The notes beneath the pieces were generated by a model, which saw only the letters and a program-made list of their open reading frames with translations, was not told the origin of the DNA and ran no database searches. The position numbers and the translations under genes were made by a program. DNA of 64,000 nt from Candidatus Magasanikbacteria bacterium RIFOXYD1_FULL_40_23. GTDB lineage: Bacteria; Patescibacteriota; Patescibacteriia; Magasanikbacterales; GWA2-37-8. Positions 44,742-55,105 of this stretch are shown here, piece after piece (position 1 is the stretch's first letter; the number at the start of each line of letters is the position of its first letter). Where the stretch lies: the NCBI GenBank assembly GCA_001783215.1, contig MFRA01000005.1:29845-93844 (forward strand), given 5' to 3'.

Positions 44742-45761
44742 TTAAAAATTAAATAATGGTGGAATGAGGCCAAATCCCACCAAGCTATTTATTAAATTAA
44801 AAATACCAAAAAATATTACTACTAAGCCGGCAGTTTTGAAAAATATTCCAGACTGCGCTTTTTTGTGGATGCCAAGCGAGCTAAAGCTGAGCAGTGCCAA
44901 AACTGGCAAAGTGCCCAAAGCAAAAGTAAACATTATGAATGCGCCAGTCCAGAAGTTGCCGGTAGTAAGTGTATAAATTTGCATTGATTGAGTAAACCCA
45001 CAAGGCAAGAAAAATGTAGCCACACCCACCAGCATCGGTGTAAGAGTGTGGTTTATATTTTTTAGACTATGTACGCGCTTGCCAATAAAAGTAGGCATTG
45101 CCGGTTGAAGTTTTTTTACCCAAGGAAAAATATCCAAAAGATTAATACCTAGAATTAAAAGCACAGATGCTACTAGCAGGTTGAGTATAAATGTGCCGGC
45201 GATACCTAGTTGAAAAGTAGAGCCAAGCGCGCCCACCACCCCGCCTAGAATAAAAAATGAAGCCAAGCGGCCCACATGAAAAAGTATTTGTGGTTTGGTT
45301 TTGTCTCCTTCTTTGGCAAAGTTGGCTGACATAGACAACACTAGTCCGCCCACTATAGCCATACAGGTAGAAACAGAAGCGATTAAGCCTATTACAAAAG
45401 CTGTGCCATAACTAACTTCGGAAGCGGTAACTAGGTTTACGATCCCCATTTTTTGTAGGGCAATAAATACAACTATAAATCCAGCCGCAATTGGTATAGC
45501 TTTATAAAAATCAGACCAGTTAATTATTTTGGTTTCTTTTTCTAAAGATAAAGTATATCCGTGCGGTTGTAGAGTCGTAGATAGTTCTGCAGCGATTTGT
45601 TCATTTGTTTTTTCGCCAAATTCTCCGGTAACCTCTACGCTTAAATCTGGTAAGCAAGCCTTTACTTGTTTAACTTGAGGCAAATCGCCTAGCTCGCTTT
45701 CTGTAAGCACTACGCACGAGTTGCAGTGCATACCGTTTACATGAAATTTATATGTTTGCAT
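44742..45761 (-). CDS. HMA domain plus DsbD_2/TauE-like membrane protein
   Basis: GMHCNSC; STCMAIVGG, FFLPCG, FALGTLP. Confidence 0.88.
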   Translation of the reverse strand: MQTYKFHVNGMHCNSCVVLTESELGDLPQVKQVKACLPDLSVEVTGEFGEKTNEQIAAELSTTLQPHGYTLSLEKETKIINWSDFYKAIPIAAGFIVVFIALQKMGIVNLVTASEVSYGTAFVIGLIASVSTCMAIVGGLVLSMSANFAKEGDKTKPQILFHVGRLASFFILGGVVGALGSTFQLGIAGTFILNLLVASVLLILGINLLDIFPWVKKLQPAMPTFIGKRVHSLKNINHTLTPMLVGVATFFLPCGFTQSMQIYTLTTGNFWTGAFIMFTFALGTLPVLALLSFSSLGIHKKAQSGIFFKTAGLVVIFFGIFNLINSLVGFGLIPPLFNF

Positions 45762-45768
45762 ATTGTTT

Positions 45769-45840
45769 TGTCATCCTGAACGGAGTGAAGGATCCCTTAC
45801 ACCCAAATGAGAGGGATTCTTCGCTTTGCTCAGAATGACA
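45769..45840. repeat. REP-like GTCAT-family palindrome, full doublet
   Basis: Near-exact inverted copy of 57896-57967 apart from the central loop. Confidence 0.85.
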
Positions 45841-45907
45841 GTTAAAGTTAATTTTTAAATCGATTTATCTACTACATAGTGTAGTAGCAATAATTATGTT
45901 TGTCAAC

Positions 45908-48241
45908 CTAAAGTTTTTTAGTTTTAATTCGTAAAGAATTTCCTACTACTGATACACTAGATAAAGCCATAGCTAATCCGGCAAAAATAGGGTTGAGCAA
46001 CCAGCCAAACAGTGGGTAGAATACTCCAGCGGCCAGTGGTATGCCAACTATATTGTATATAAACGCCCAGAAAAGATTTTGTTTTATTCCGCGCATTGTC
46101 ATTTTGGAAAGTTTGATTGCTTTGACTAGTTTGGATATATCTCCGCCAAGCAGAGTGATGCCGGCAGATTCTATGGCCACATCTGTGCCTGTGCCCATGG
46201 CAATGCCTACGTCGGCTTGAGCCAGTGCTGGCGCATCGTTTACTCCATCTCCGGCCATAGCTACCACTTTGCCTTGTGTTTGTAGCTCTTTTATTTTTAT
46301 CAGTTTGTCTTGTGGCAAAACATGTGCCATTACATCATCAATATCAACTAGAGAGGCAATATAGTTGGCGGCTCTTTGGTCATCACCTGTAACCATTACC
46401 ACTTTAATTCCTAATTTATGAAGATCATTTACTGCTTGTTTTGATTCTGCTTTTATTTCATCAGCCACCATTACAAATCCGAGCACTTTTTCTTTGGTAG
46501 CCAAAATTACCGGAGTTTTTCCTTGGGCAGTAAATTGTTCAATTTTTGTAGAATCAAAAGTTATGCCAAGATCTTGGATAAGTTTTGTGTTGCCGGCAAA
46601 ATATTGTATTTCGTCTACCAAACCTGTAACCCCCTTGCCTTGAAGTCCTTCAAAATCGTGAACATCTTTGGTGTCAATATTTTTTTCTGTTGTGTAATTT
46701 ACAATTGCGTGCGCAATTGGGTGTTCTGATTTTTTTTCGAGTGATGCCAGAATAGAAACAAGCTCGGCATCTTTTAGGTCTGATAAATTTTGAATATCAA
46801 CCAACGTTGGTTTGCCGATAGTAATTGTGCCGGTTTTATCTACAACTACAGTGTTTACTTTGTGAAGCTTTTCCAAGGTAGCCGCATCTTTTATTAAAAT
46901 TCCAGCGCGCGCGCCTTTGCCTACTCCAACTATAATAGCGGTCGGTGTAGCCAGTCCAAGTGCACAAGGGCAAGCGATAACAAGTACGCCGACAAAAGAT
47001 ACTAAACCGTATGATAATGCTTGAGAAAATCCAAGTGGGCCAGTACCAAATATAAGCCAAGCACCCAAGGATAAGACAGAAATAACAAGAACTATAGGAA
47101 CAAAGACGCTAGATATTTTGTCGGCCAGAGCTTGAATAGGTGCTTTGCTTCCTTGCGCATCTTCTACCATTTTTATTATTTGAGCTAGTAGAGTTTCGGA
47201 TCCTACTTTGGTAGCTTTAAAAGTAAATGACCCGCTTGTATTTATAGTGCCCGACACTACATTGTCGCCAACTTTTTTTTGCGCAGGCATTGGCTCGCCT
47301 GTTACCATTGATTCGTCTACAAAAGAAGCGCCTTCGGTAATAGTGCCATCTACCGGGATTTTTGTACCCGGTTTTACAATAATTAAATCACCGTGTTTTA
47401 CATTGTTTACGGGTACTTCTATTTCTTTACCGTCGCGAATAACCAAAGCTGTTTTGGCCTGCAAGTTAAGAAGTTTTTCTATTGCATCTCCGGTTTTTAT
47501 TTTTGATTTTGCTTCCAAATATTTACCAAAAGCTATAAATGCTATAACTATGATAGTCACATCATAATAAGTATTCTCAACATTTATATAAGGGCTTAAT
47601 CCTTTTTCGAAAGCAGTTACAGCAAAACTATATAAAAAAGCTACTGAAGTGCCAATACCAATCAAAGTGTCCATGTTGGCTTTGCCATAGCGTAAGAACC
47701 TATAAAATCCCAAGAGGTACGGCTTTCCTACTACAAATAACATGTAAGTAGCAATCAGAGGTAGTAAGTGATGAAAAAATTCCATTAGCGTTTCGTTGGG
47801 TGCGGCAATATATTTTAGTTCGGAAAAAATATCCCAACTCATGATAAAAGCGCTTAGTATGGTTAGCGGTATAGAAATTAAAACCATAGTTTGCATGTTG
47901 GCTATTTCGGCTAGCTTTTCTTTTTTTGATTGGTTCAATCCCAAGTGGGCAGCGTGCTCATCTGCAGACATTCCCATTTCTTCGGCTGACATGTCTTTAT
48001 GTTTGATTGGCATGCTCATTTCTTCATTTTCAGGTATAGAAAGCGTATATCCGAGGTGTTCTATTTTTTTGGAAAGATCGTGGGCGCTAGTTTTATTTTC
48101 ATCAAAAGAAATTTTGGTTGTTTCGGTACCATAGTTTACTTCGGCCGAGTGTACTCCTTCGGTTTTTTTGAAAGTTTTTTCTATAATGCCGGCGCAAGAG
48201 GCGCAATGCATTCCTTTTACCCGATAGGTCTGGCTTTGCAT
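45908..48241 (-). CDS. copA: Cu(I)-translocating P1B-ATPase
   Basis: [36 protein letters not shown]...MALSS. Confidence 0.96.
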   Translation of the reverse strand: MQSQTYRVKGMHCASCAGIIEKTFKKTEGVHSAEVNYGTETTKISFDENKTSAHDLSKKIEHLGYTLSIPENEEMSMPIKHKDMSAEEMGMSADEHAAHLGLNQSKKEKLAEIANMQTMVLISIPLTILSAFIMSWDIFSELKYIAAPNETLMEFFHHLLPLIATYMLFVVGKPYLLGFYRFLRYGKANMDTLIGIGTSVAFLYSFAVTAFEKGLSPYINVENTYYDVTIIVIAFIAFGKYLEAKSKIKTGDAIEKLLNLQAKTALVIRDGKEIEVPVNNVKHGDLIIVKPGTKIPVDGTITEGASFVDESMVTGEPMPAQKKVGDNVVSGTINTSGSFTFKATKVGSETLLAQIIKMVEDAQGSKAPIQALADKISSVFVPIVLVISVLSLGAWLIFGTGPLGFSQALSYGLVSFVGVLVIACPCALGLATPTAIIVGVGKGARAGILIKDAATLEKLHKVNTVVVDKTGTITIGKPTLVDIQNLSDLKDAELVSILASLEKKSEHPIAHAIVNYTTEKNIDTKDVHDFEGLQGKGVTGLVDEIQYFAGNTKLIQDLGITFDSTKIEQFTAQGKTPVILATKEKVLGFVMVADEIKAESKQAVNDLHKLGIKVVMVTGDDQRAANYIASLVDIDDVMAHVLPQDKLIKIKELQTQGKVVAMAGDGVNDAPALAQADVGIAMGTGTDVAIESAGITLLGGDISKLVKAIKLSKMTMRGIKQNLFWAFIYNIVGIPLAAGVFYPLFGWLLNPIFAGLAMALSSVSVVGNSLRIKTKKL

Positions 48242-48248
48242 ATATTTT

Positions 48249-48515
48249 TTATTTACGTTTTAATTTATACACCTTAAGAATTTCTTGTTTGGCTTTGTCG
48301 GTTTGGCCGGATTTTATTTGGTTTATAATACAACCACCCAAGTGGTTTTCTAAGAGTAAATCTTCTACATTTGAGAGGGCTTGTTTAGCTGCTGAGGTTT
48401 GAGTAATTACATCTATACAGTAAATATCGCCCGCAACCATTTTTTGCAGGCCACGAATTTGACCTTCTATTAGTTTAAGGCGGCGCATTATTTTGGGTTT
48501 ATTTTTATTATGCAT
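48249..48515 (-). CDS. csoR: Copper-sensing repressor
   Basis: [24 protein letters not shown]. Confidence 0.92.
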   Translation of the reverse strand: MHNKNKPKIMRRLKLIEGQIRGLQKMVAGDIYCIDVITQTSAAKQALSNVEDLLLENHLGGCIINQIKSGQTDKAKQEILKVYKLKRK

Positions 48516-48538
48516 ATATTTTTATAATATACCATATG

Positions 48539-48555
48539 ATACCCTATGGGGGTAT
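48539..48555. promoter_or_regulatory. CsoR operator
   Basis: ATACCCTATGGGGGTAT directly upstream of csoR; matches the TACC...GGTA C/G-tract CsoR site. Confidence 0.85.
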
Positions 48556-48630
48556 TGTTAACAAGTCTTTATAATAGGATGAGATTATTTATAAATAATC
48601 TCATCCTATTATCGTATTTCGTAAAAATTA

Positions 48631-48969
48631 TTATTTACTCATCATATTTTTCATTGTCCCGCTGCTTTCTGATGCTTTTATATTTTCTTTCATATATTTT
48701 TCTCCCATCATTTCCATATCTTTTCCTTTGGAAACAGCCCCATCATTTTTTAATTCCATTCCCATTTCTTGCATCATTGAGCCGCCTGTTTTCATCATAG
48801 TAGCCATTGTTTGAATAGAGGCTGATTGTTCTTTCATCATGGCAATTGAATCCTGCAGCTCTTTGGTTTGAGCGCTATTATTATTTATATTTTTTCCAGA
48901 TGAATAACCAATGCCTCCGCCAACAGCGAGGGCAATAATTATTCCGATGGTGAATGTTGTAGTTTTCAT
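48631..48969 (-). CDS. Met-rich membrane-anchored protein, likely Cu-binding
   Basis: N-terminal TM, many MM/MxxM motifs, inside the copper cluster. Confidence 0.75.
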   Translation of the reverse strand: MKTTTFTIGIIIALAVGGGIGYSSGKNINNNSAQTKELQDSIAMMKEQSASIQTMATMMKTGGSMMQEMGMELKNDGAVSKGKDMEMMGEKYMKENIKASESSGTMKNMMSK

Positions 48970-49035
48970 ATGTGAAATGAGTGAATATAAAGTTAAATGT
49001 TTTTAACTTTATATGAGCGAATAAGTATATACCTT
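48970..49035 (-). mobile_element. ~80-bp repeat, copy G (5' end eroded), abutting ATG 48969
   Basis: TTTCGCTCA-TATAAAGTTAAA hairpin-TTCACTCATTTCACAT|ATG; hairpin similar to copy E. Confidence 0.8.
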
Positions 49036-49056
49036 AGTATATTTAAGATAAGTTAA

Positions 49057-49278
49057 TTAAATAATTTTTCCTTGCTTTTCAAGCATCATATGATGAATCG
49101 TGCTGACTGCAAGCCAAATAGCGATTAGGATAAGAATGCCAGAGCAAAGCAGGGCATCTATTTTTGTAATTCCAAAAACGAGATTATCGCCTCCGCCAAG
49201 AATTGCCGTTGTAAATGTTATGATTCCGGTAGTTCCTACTACGACACTTGCAACGTGCATTAATTTTGATAGTTTCAT
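49057..49278 (-). CDS. Small two-TM protein
   Basis: Two hydrophobic helices, HHMM tail. Confidence 0.75.
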   Translation of the reverse strand: MKLSKLMHVASVVVGTTGIITFTTAILGGGDNLVFGITKIDALLCSGILILIAIWLAVSTIHHMMLEKQGKII

Positions 49279-49374
49279 ATGTGTGAATATATGTATTAAA
49301 TATTTAACTTCCGATTGTTGAGTGTAATTATATTACATATTTTATGGATTAATTAGTAAGTTTGAATCTTGTTA

Positions 49375-52300
49375 TTAAAACCCGGATGCCCCTGTTTCTT
49401 TATTTTGATTTTGCAATGCAGTTTTTTTGCCGAAACGATAGAATAATGCAGGTGTTAAGAATAAAGAAATGATAGTAGAAGAAATAAGTCCCCCAAATAT
49501 TACAACTGCCAATGGGTTAAGCATTTCTTTGCCCGGTTCTCCACCGGAAATGATAAGTGGGATAAGCGCAAGTGCAGCTACAAGCGATGTCATAAGTACT
49601 GGCACTACACGATCGAGGGTGGCTTTTACGATTGTTTCTGGCTCAAATGGTAATCCTTCTTTTTGTACTAGTGCTAAACTGCGTCCAATTAGCATGATTC
49701 CATTTCTAGAAACAATTCCAGCAAGTGAAATAAAACCAACCAAGTGCGCTAGACTTACGGATCCGCCGGTTAGCCAGACGCCAATCATTCCGCCTATTAA
49801 CACTGTGGGGATATTGGTCATTACCAAAAGTACAATTGGAATTGATCTAAAAGCATGGTACAACACGCCAAATATCATAATCATCCCGATAATAAACACT
49901 AGTGCCAGTCGCTGGGAATTTTCTTTTTGGCTTTTATAATTACCTTCAAAAGAAAGAGTTATTCCGGTAGGTAGTTTTTGGGACTCAAGTGCAGTTTTGG
50001 CTCTGCCAACAGCCCCAACCACATCTGTGCCCTGATAATTGGCAGAAACTACTAATACTCGTTTTCCTCCTTCATGGTTTTGGCTATTGCGGCCGCCTTC
50101 AACCAGAATATCTCCTACGCTTCCCAACGACGGCGCACCCATAAAAGGAAGCGATAAATCCCGTAATGATGCCATTGTGCCTTTTGATTCCGCGTCATAG
50201 CGTGCGATAACATCAACCGAAGCGGGGCCTAGACGGACTTGTCCTAAATTATCTCCCATAATTCCCATTGCCAAATCATTGGCAACTTCGCCGGGAGATA
50301 ATGCATATTCGGCTAAACGATTTCTATCAACATAAATACGAAATTCCGGTACAATGGTATTTTGCTGAATGCGTGGATTATCAATCCCCGGTTGTTTTTG
50401 CAGTTCGGCTAATACTTGTTTGGCCGCATGTTCCATATTTTCCGGATCATCACCAAATATTTTTACTACAATCGGCGATCGTACGCCCGATAGTAGCATT
50501 TCAACACGGTGTGTAATTGGCTGCCCCAAACTAAAGTCTGCGCCGCCAAACCGGTCAAGCACCGCTTGAATATCCTCGAGAATTTGATCGCGCTCACCCT
50601 CAAATTCTGGTTTAAGTGCAATCTGAACTTCGCTTGAATTTGCACTGCCTCCATGAGGGTCAGCCGATGCTCGTCCAGCAATATTACTTACTTGGCGCAC
50701 TCCTTCTACTTGCAGAATAGCCTTTTCAAGCTTGGCCATATAATCATTCGTTGTAGAAAGCGCCGTACCTGGCGGTAAGAAAACCATAGCCACCATTGAT
50801 CCTTCGTTAAATGGCGGAATTCCCTCTTTACCGGCAAAGAAATACATGCCTACGGTAAGAAAAAGCGCAACAATTGTAACACCAGTAATGATTTTTACAT
50901 TAATGATGCACCAGTTAATCCAAGGCGTTATATACTCCTTAATTTTTTGTACAACTTTAGTCTCCTTTTCATGCTTGGCTAGTGACTTGTCATTTAGCAG
51001 TAGTGCGGACAAAACCGGTGTTACTGTAAGTGATATTGCCATGGATGCAAAAAGAGATACAAGATAGGCAGAACCAAGAGCTATAAGCAAACGCCCTTCA
51101 ATTCCTGGCATAAAGAATATGGGTAAAAATACTACCGCGACAAGTATTGTTGCATATACGATTGAATTACGAACTTCTTGTGAAGCCAGTAAAACAACAT
51201 GTTCGCGATTTTCTTTTTTACCACCCAGCATCCACAAACGTAGACGACGAAAAATATTTTCCACATCAACAATTGCATCATCAACAAGTTCTCCCACTGC
51301 CACCGCGATACCGCCCAAGGTCATCACATTTACCGAAAGATCAAAAGCTTTAAATATGATAGCTGTGGCTAAAATAGATAGAGGAATTGCTGTTAGCGTA
51401 ATCATCGTCATTCTCATATTCATTAGAAATATAATGAGAACTAAAATGACAAGGACAGTACCGTCTAGAAGTGCTCGCTCTACATTGCTTAATCCGGCGC
51501 GAATGAAATTTTCTTGGCGGAAAAGATCTGGATGAAGCTCTACTCCGTTAGGAAGACTGGCCGAAAGGGAGTTGAATGTTTTATTGATTGCATCCGTAAC
51601 AGCAAGAGTTTGCGCATCTGGCTGGCGAATGATGCGTAAAATGACACCCTCTTTACCATCAATTGCTCCGCTGCCGCGAATAATACTCGCTCCTTCCACA
51701 ACCGATGCAATATCACCAAGTCGAAGTGGGCGTCCATCCATAATATTGCGTCCGATAGAAATATCTTCCAATTGCGAAGCTTCAGTTGGTGCGGTAAGAA
51801 TACGGATTACATATTCTTTTTCGTTCTCAGTAAGAAGACCACCGCTTTTATTCGTCAAAGTGTTTTCCACACTTTTGCGAACATCATCAATCATGATTCC
51901 ATAACGACGCATGCGTTCGGCATTAATATTTATCTGCCACTCACGCACATCACCGCCCATGACAAACACATTTGCGACTCCTGGCATTTTGAGCAGCGCG
52001 GGACGAATGGTCCAATCTGCAAGCGTTCGTAGTTCCATCGGAGTAATTTTTGCATCGGATGCTGTTATTCCAATCCAGGCGATTTCGCCCAAAAGAGATG
52101 TTGCCGGACCAAGAGTTGGCCTTACACCAAATGGCAACACTGCTTGTGTTAAACGTTCTTGCACTACTTGTCTGTTTCGCAATGTATCGCTCCCCCAAGC
52201 AAACTCCATATTAACGGTGGCTTGCGCGAATGAAGCGCTGCTTCGTATGCGATCAACTCCTGGCGCGCCCGCAACTGCCGCTTCTATTGGATTAAGAATG

Positions 52301-52491
52301 AGCCGCTCCACTTCTTCGGCCGCCATGCCTGGACTTTCCGCAAAGATGGTAACGGTTGGTTTATTTATATCTGGAAGAATATCCACTTTCATTGTGGCCA
52401 CGCTCCATAGACCTGTTATCGTCATAATTCCGGCCAGAACAAGTACGGTAATTTTATTTCCTAGAGCCCAAGATATTATCTTGTTAAACAT
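49375..52491 (-). CDS. CusA/CzcA-family heavy-metal RND permease
   Basis: NVMTLGG, GELVDDAIVDVEN, GIVSRNGI, PVLMT; 1038 aa. Confidence 0.93.
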   Translation of the reverse strand: MFNKIISWALGNKITVLVLAGIMTITGLWSVATMKVDILPDINKPTVTIFAESPGMAAEEVERLILNPIEAAVAGAPGVDRIRSSASFAQATVNMEFAWGSDTLRNRQVVQERLTQAVLPFGVRPTLGPATSLLGEIAWIGITASDAKITPMELRTLADWTIRPALLKMPGVANVFVMGGDVREWQININAERMRRYGIMIDDVRKSVENTLTNKSGGLLTENEKEYVIRILTAPTEASQLEDISIGRNIMDGRPLRLGDIASVVEGASIIRGSGAIDGKEGVILRIIRQPDAQTLAVTDAINKTFNSLSASLPNGVELHPDLFRQENFIRAGLSNVERALLDGTVLVILVLIIFLMNMRMTMITLTAIPLSILATAIIFKAFDLSVNVMTLGGIAVAVGELVDDAIVDVENIFRRLRLWMLGGKKENREHVVLLASQEVRNSIVYATILVAVVFLPIFFMPGIEGRLLIALGSAYLVSLFASMAISLTVTPVLSALLLNDKSLAKHEKETKVVQKIKEYITPWINWCIINVKIITGVTIVALFLTVGMYFFAGKEGIPPFNEGSMVAMVFLPPGTALSTTNDYMAKLEKAILQVEGVRQVSNIAGRASADPHGGSANSSEVQIALKPEFEGERDQILEDIQAVLDRFGGADFSLGQPITHRVEMLLSGVRSPIVVKIFGDDPENMEHAAKQVLAELQKQPGIDNPRIQQNTIVPEFRIYVDRNRLAEYALSPGEVANDLAMGIMGDNLGQVRLGPASVDVIARYDAESKGTMASLRDLSLPFMGAPSLGSVGDILVEGGRNSQNHEGGKRVLVVSANYQGTDVVGAVGRAKTALESQKLPTGITLSFEGNYKSQKENSQRLALVFIIGMIMIFGVLYHAFRSIPIVLLVMTNIPTVLIGGMIGVWLTGGSVSLAHLVGFISLAGIVSRNGIMLIGRSLALVQKEGLPFEPETIVKATLDRVVPVLMTSLVAALALIPLIISGGEPGKEMLNPLAVVIFGGLISSTIISLFLTPALFYRFGKKTALQNQNKETGASGF

Positions 52492-52501
52492 ATAACTTTA
52501 A

Positions 52502-54259
52502 TTACATTTCCATTCCACCCATATCTTTATCCTTGCCCGACTTAGCAGGAGTAGAACCGGCGCCCTCTTTTGGAGCAGTTTTTATAAGATCATCAAGAAA
52601 CATATTTTCTTTTATTTCCGGTGTGGGATTTTGTATATAACGGTCACCATTCTTAAGTCCGGCATATACTTCCACCACAGCTCCGAGAGTGCGGCCAATG
52701 GTTATTTCTTGCGCAAATATTCTATCGGCTTCTGATATTGCCCATACTACCGGTGTTCCTTTTTCGTTCCAAAGAATTGAGGAATATTTAATTAACTCAA
52801 CAGCAGAGCTAGAAGGAGAAAGTACTCTTATAGAGGATCCCACGGGCCATTTTGTTGATTCTATAAAAATAGCATCAGCCATATATGAACCATCATCAAG
52901 AGAACTACCCACGCCTACAAGCCGTACCTTTTTTATATCGGTTCCAAAACCGGGACGAACGATAGAAAGCAGCTCTCCGATTTTTGGTTTTTGTATATTA
53001 TTTGGCATGCTTATTCTTACTAGTTCATTGCCATTATCATTTGCAGTTACAGTAGCTACTGGCATGCCCGGACCCACAAACTCACCTGGTTTTTTCATAA
53101 TACTAGATATGACACCGCTATTTGGCGCAACTATGGAGTAGCCGCCGCTGATTGAGCCCCTAACACTCGCATAAGCTGTTTCATTGGCGACGACATCTCC
53201 TTCCGACATGGCTAATTCTTTTTCTAACTCGGCAATCATTGCGTCTATCTCAGCCAAGGTATCAATGGATTCTCTTTGTGTATTAACACTTTCCAGTTCC
53301 ATGCTTTTAATTTCACCAAGCATGGCGACAAATTCTGACTGATCTTCAACCAGCATTTTTTTGAGTGTTTCCAGATCGGCTTCCATTAATGTTTCCATAT
53401 CAGCAATAGATGCGTTTGCAAGTTTAATTGCGCTATCAAAGTATAGAGATCCCGAGCGCTCTATTTCTTTTAGATCAAACAATGCCTTGTAAGTAATGTT
53501 GGGGAAATTATTACGCAAATTTTGATCTAAGATTCCGAATGTAGGTTTAAGTGGGATGCTAAAAAATAATCCGGCGGAGGGAATTCTACTTTGGCCATAC
53601 ATCATCGAAAAAGTTTTTGTGATTGATCCATTCAAAACCACTTGCGCCAATTTCTTTTTTGATTCAATTGAAGATAGCAAAATATTTCCGCTTGCGGACG
53701 TGTTTGATCCGATTAAGCCTATTTTTTGTTTATTTGAGCTTTCTGTATCTATACGAAGCTTTTGCAGTTGTGCAATTCTTTTGGCTGTATAAGTGCGTAG
53801 AGCCTCTACGCTCGTACGTGCTTCGGATAACATCTGAGATTTTTCCGAGAGCATGCTTACCATCTCCGGTGTTTGTGGCGGTCGTGAAAGTTTTCCGATA
53901 ATTTGACCTGCGGTGACGCGCTCGCCAATACGCACATACCACCTAGAGATAGTTCCCTCACGATCGGGTTGCACCTGTAAATTATTAAGAGAAATAATTT
54001 CTCCGGGCCATGAATTGTTTGAGGTGCCAGTAATTGAAAAATCCTCTTTTCCAACTATGGCTACTACTGGGCTGTCTGTAATTAGGTTGCTACTAGCAGA
54101 TTTACTATCTGCTATATTTGCTGATGCGCTTTTGCTTATAGAATAGAAAGCAAAGACCCCGGTAGCTATAACTAGCAAGATTGAAACAGATGCTATTGTA
54201 AGCGCCCGTTTTTCTAGCAGCTTAACACTCTGTATTAGGTTTTTTATTTTTTCTTTCAT
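52502..54259 (-). CDS. RND membrane-fusion (adaptor) protein with long helical insert
   Basis: Lipoyl-like halves (VRIGERVTAGQ; IVAPNSGVI...PGEFV), GLKNGD, Met-rich tail. Confidence 0.82.
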   Translation of the reverse strand: MKEKIKNLIQSVKLLEKRALTIASVSILLVIATGVFAFYSISKSASANIADSKSASSNLITDSPVVAIVGKEDFSITGTSNNSWPGEIISLNNLQVQPDREGTISRWYVRIGERVTAGQIIGKLSRPPQTPEMVSMLSEKSQMLSEARTSVEALRTYTAKRIAQLQKLRIDTESSNKQKIGLIGSNTSASGNILLSSIESKKKLAQVVLNGSITKTFSMMYGQSRIPSAGLFFSIPLKPTFGILDQNLRNNFPNITYKALFDLKEIERSGSLYFDSAIKLANASIADMETLMEADLETLKKMLVEDQSEFVAMLGEIKSMELESVNTQRESIDTLAEIDAMIAELEKELAMSEGDVVANETAYASVRGSISGGYSIVAPNSGVISSIMKKPGEFVGPGMPVATVTANDNGNELVRISMPNNIQKPKIGELLSIVRPGFGTDIKKVRLVGVGSSLDDGSYMADAIFIESTKWPVGSSIRVLSPSSSAVELIKYSSILWNEKGTPVVWAISEADRIFAQEITIGRTLGAVVEVYAGLKNGDRYIQNPTPEIKENMFLDDLIKTAPKEGAGSTPAKSGKDKDMGGMEM

Positions 54260-54368
54260 AATCGAAGTGAGTGAATTAAATAATGTAGGAGAAAATAATG
54301 AGCTTGCTCAATTATTTTCGAGTGGATTATTTATGAGCGAATGAGATTATATGGGCCTTAGCCTCTAT
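54260..54368 (-). mobile_element. Repeat copy H with nested extra hairpin, abutting ATG 54259
   Basis: ATAGAGGCTAAGGCCCATATAATCTCATTCGCTCA...TTCACTCACTTCGATT|ATG. Confidence 0.82.
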
Positions 54369-54452
54369 AAATAAATGAATAAGTAAAATTAGCAATATAA
54401 AAAAATCCCTTAGCGGGGATTTGAAAGACATAGCTTTTTATAAAGCAAGCAG

Positions 54453-54899
54453 CTATGTCTTATATGAAAAAGAAGGGCTGTTTTCAAAAAGTGCCAGCCA
54501 CTTGGTTATGTTATTTAGTTTACATGAAGGCGGCCATTGTTTTATGCGATGTTTGGCCAAAAAAGATAAGTACAAATTTAGTTTTAAGAGCATCTGTCTG
54601 CCAAATAACCAAAAAAGAATTGAGAACGTAATAGTTAGTAACATTACTAGTAAAATACTTTTTGAGAAAAGAATATTAGAAAAAGTTTGGTAAGCAGAAA
54701 TATGGTGTATCGTTACCGCTAAAGTGTTTGTAGGGCAAAACTCATTACCTGGTAGAGAAAAGGGGCATTTACTAGTCATGTATTGGTTAGTGTCCATGCT
54801 CATATCCATCATAAAGATAAGCCCAAAAATAACTACCCCAATAAAAATTACAGAGGTAAAAATGGATGTAAGTTTAATTTTTAGTTTTTTATTTATCAT
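54453..54899 (-). CDS. Hypothetical membrane protein with Met/Cys/His motif
   Basis: MMDMSMD...CPF...CP...HH between TM helices; first gene after a CsoR operator. Confidence 0.7.
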   Translation of the reverse strand: MINKKLKIKLTSIFTSVIFIGVVIFGLIFMMDMSMDTNQYMTSKCPFSLPGNEFCPTNTLAVTIHHISAYQTFSNILFSKSILLVMLLTITFSILFWLFGRQMLLKLNLYLSFLAKHRIKQWPPSCKLNNITKWLALFENSPSFSYKT

Positions 54900-54911
54900 A
54901 TCTAAATTAAG

Positions 54912-54939
54912 CATATACCCCCAGGGGGGTATATGTCAA
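54912..54939 (-). promoter_or_regulatory. CsoR operator within promoter
   Basis: CATATACCCCC-AG-GGGGGTATATG abutting TTGACA (54939-54934). Confidence 0.82.
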
Positions 54940-55105
54940 GTGTGGATAAATATATAAATAAAAAACAACTCCGTTAGGAATTGTTTTTTAAATTTGTAAT
55001 TTCATGGAGGAGGCATTAGTGGAGCCAATTGTTTAGCTTAACTAATGCGCGCTCCTCCATGAATGTATCTGTTAGAGCGCGCCGACAACTGTGTCGGGTG
55101 GCGTT

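Noticed and set aside
49469-53141. Several 100-190 aa + strand ORFs inside the RND genes
   Set aside because: Antisense shadows of well-supported - strand genes.
54941-54949. Lone perfect DnaA box (TGTGGATAA) beside the copper promoter
   Set aside because: An isolated 9-mer can occur by chance; no neighbouring boxes.
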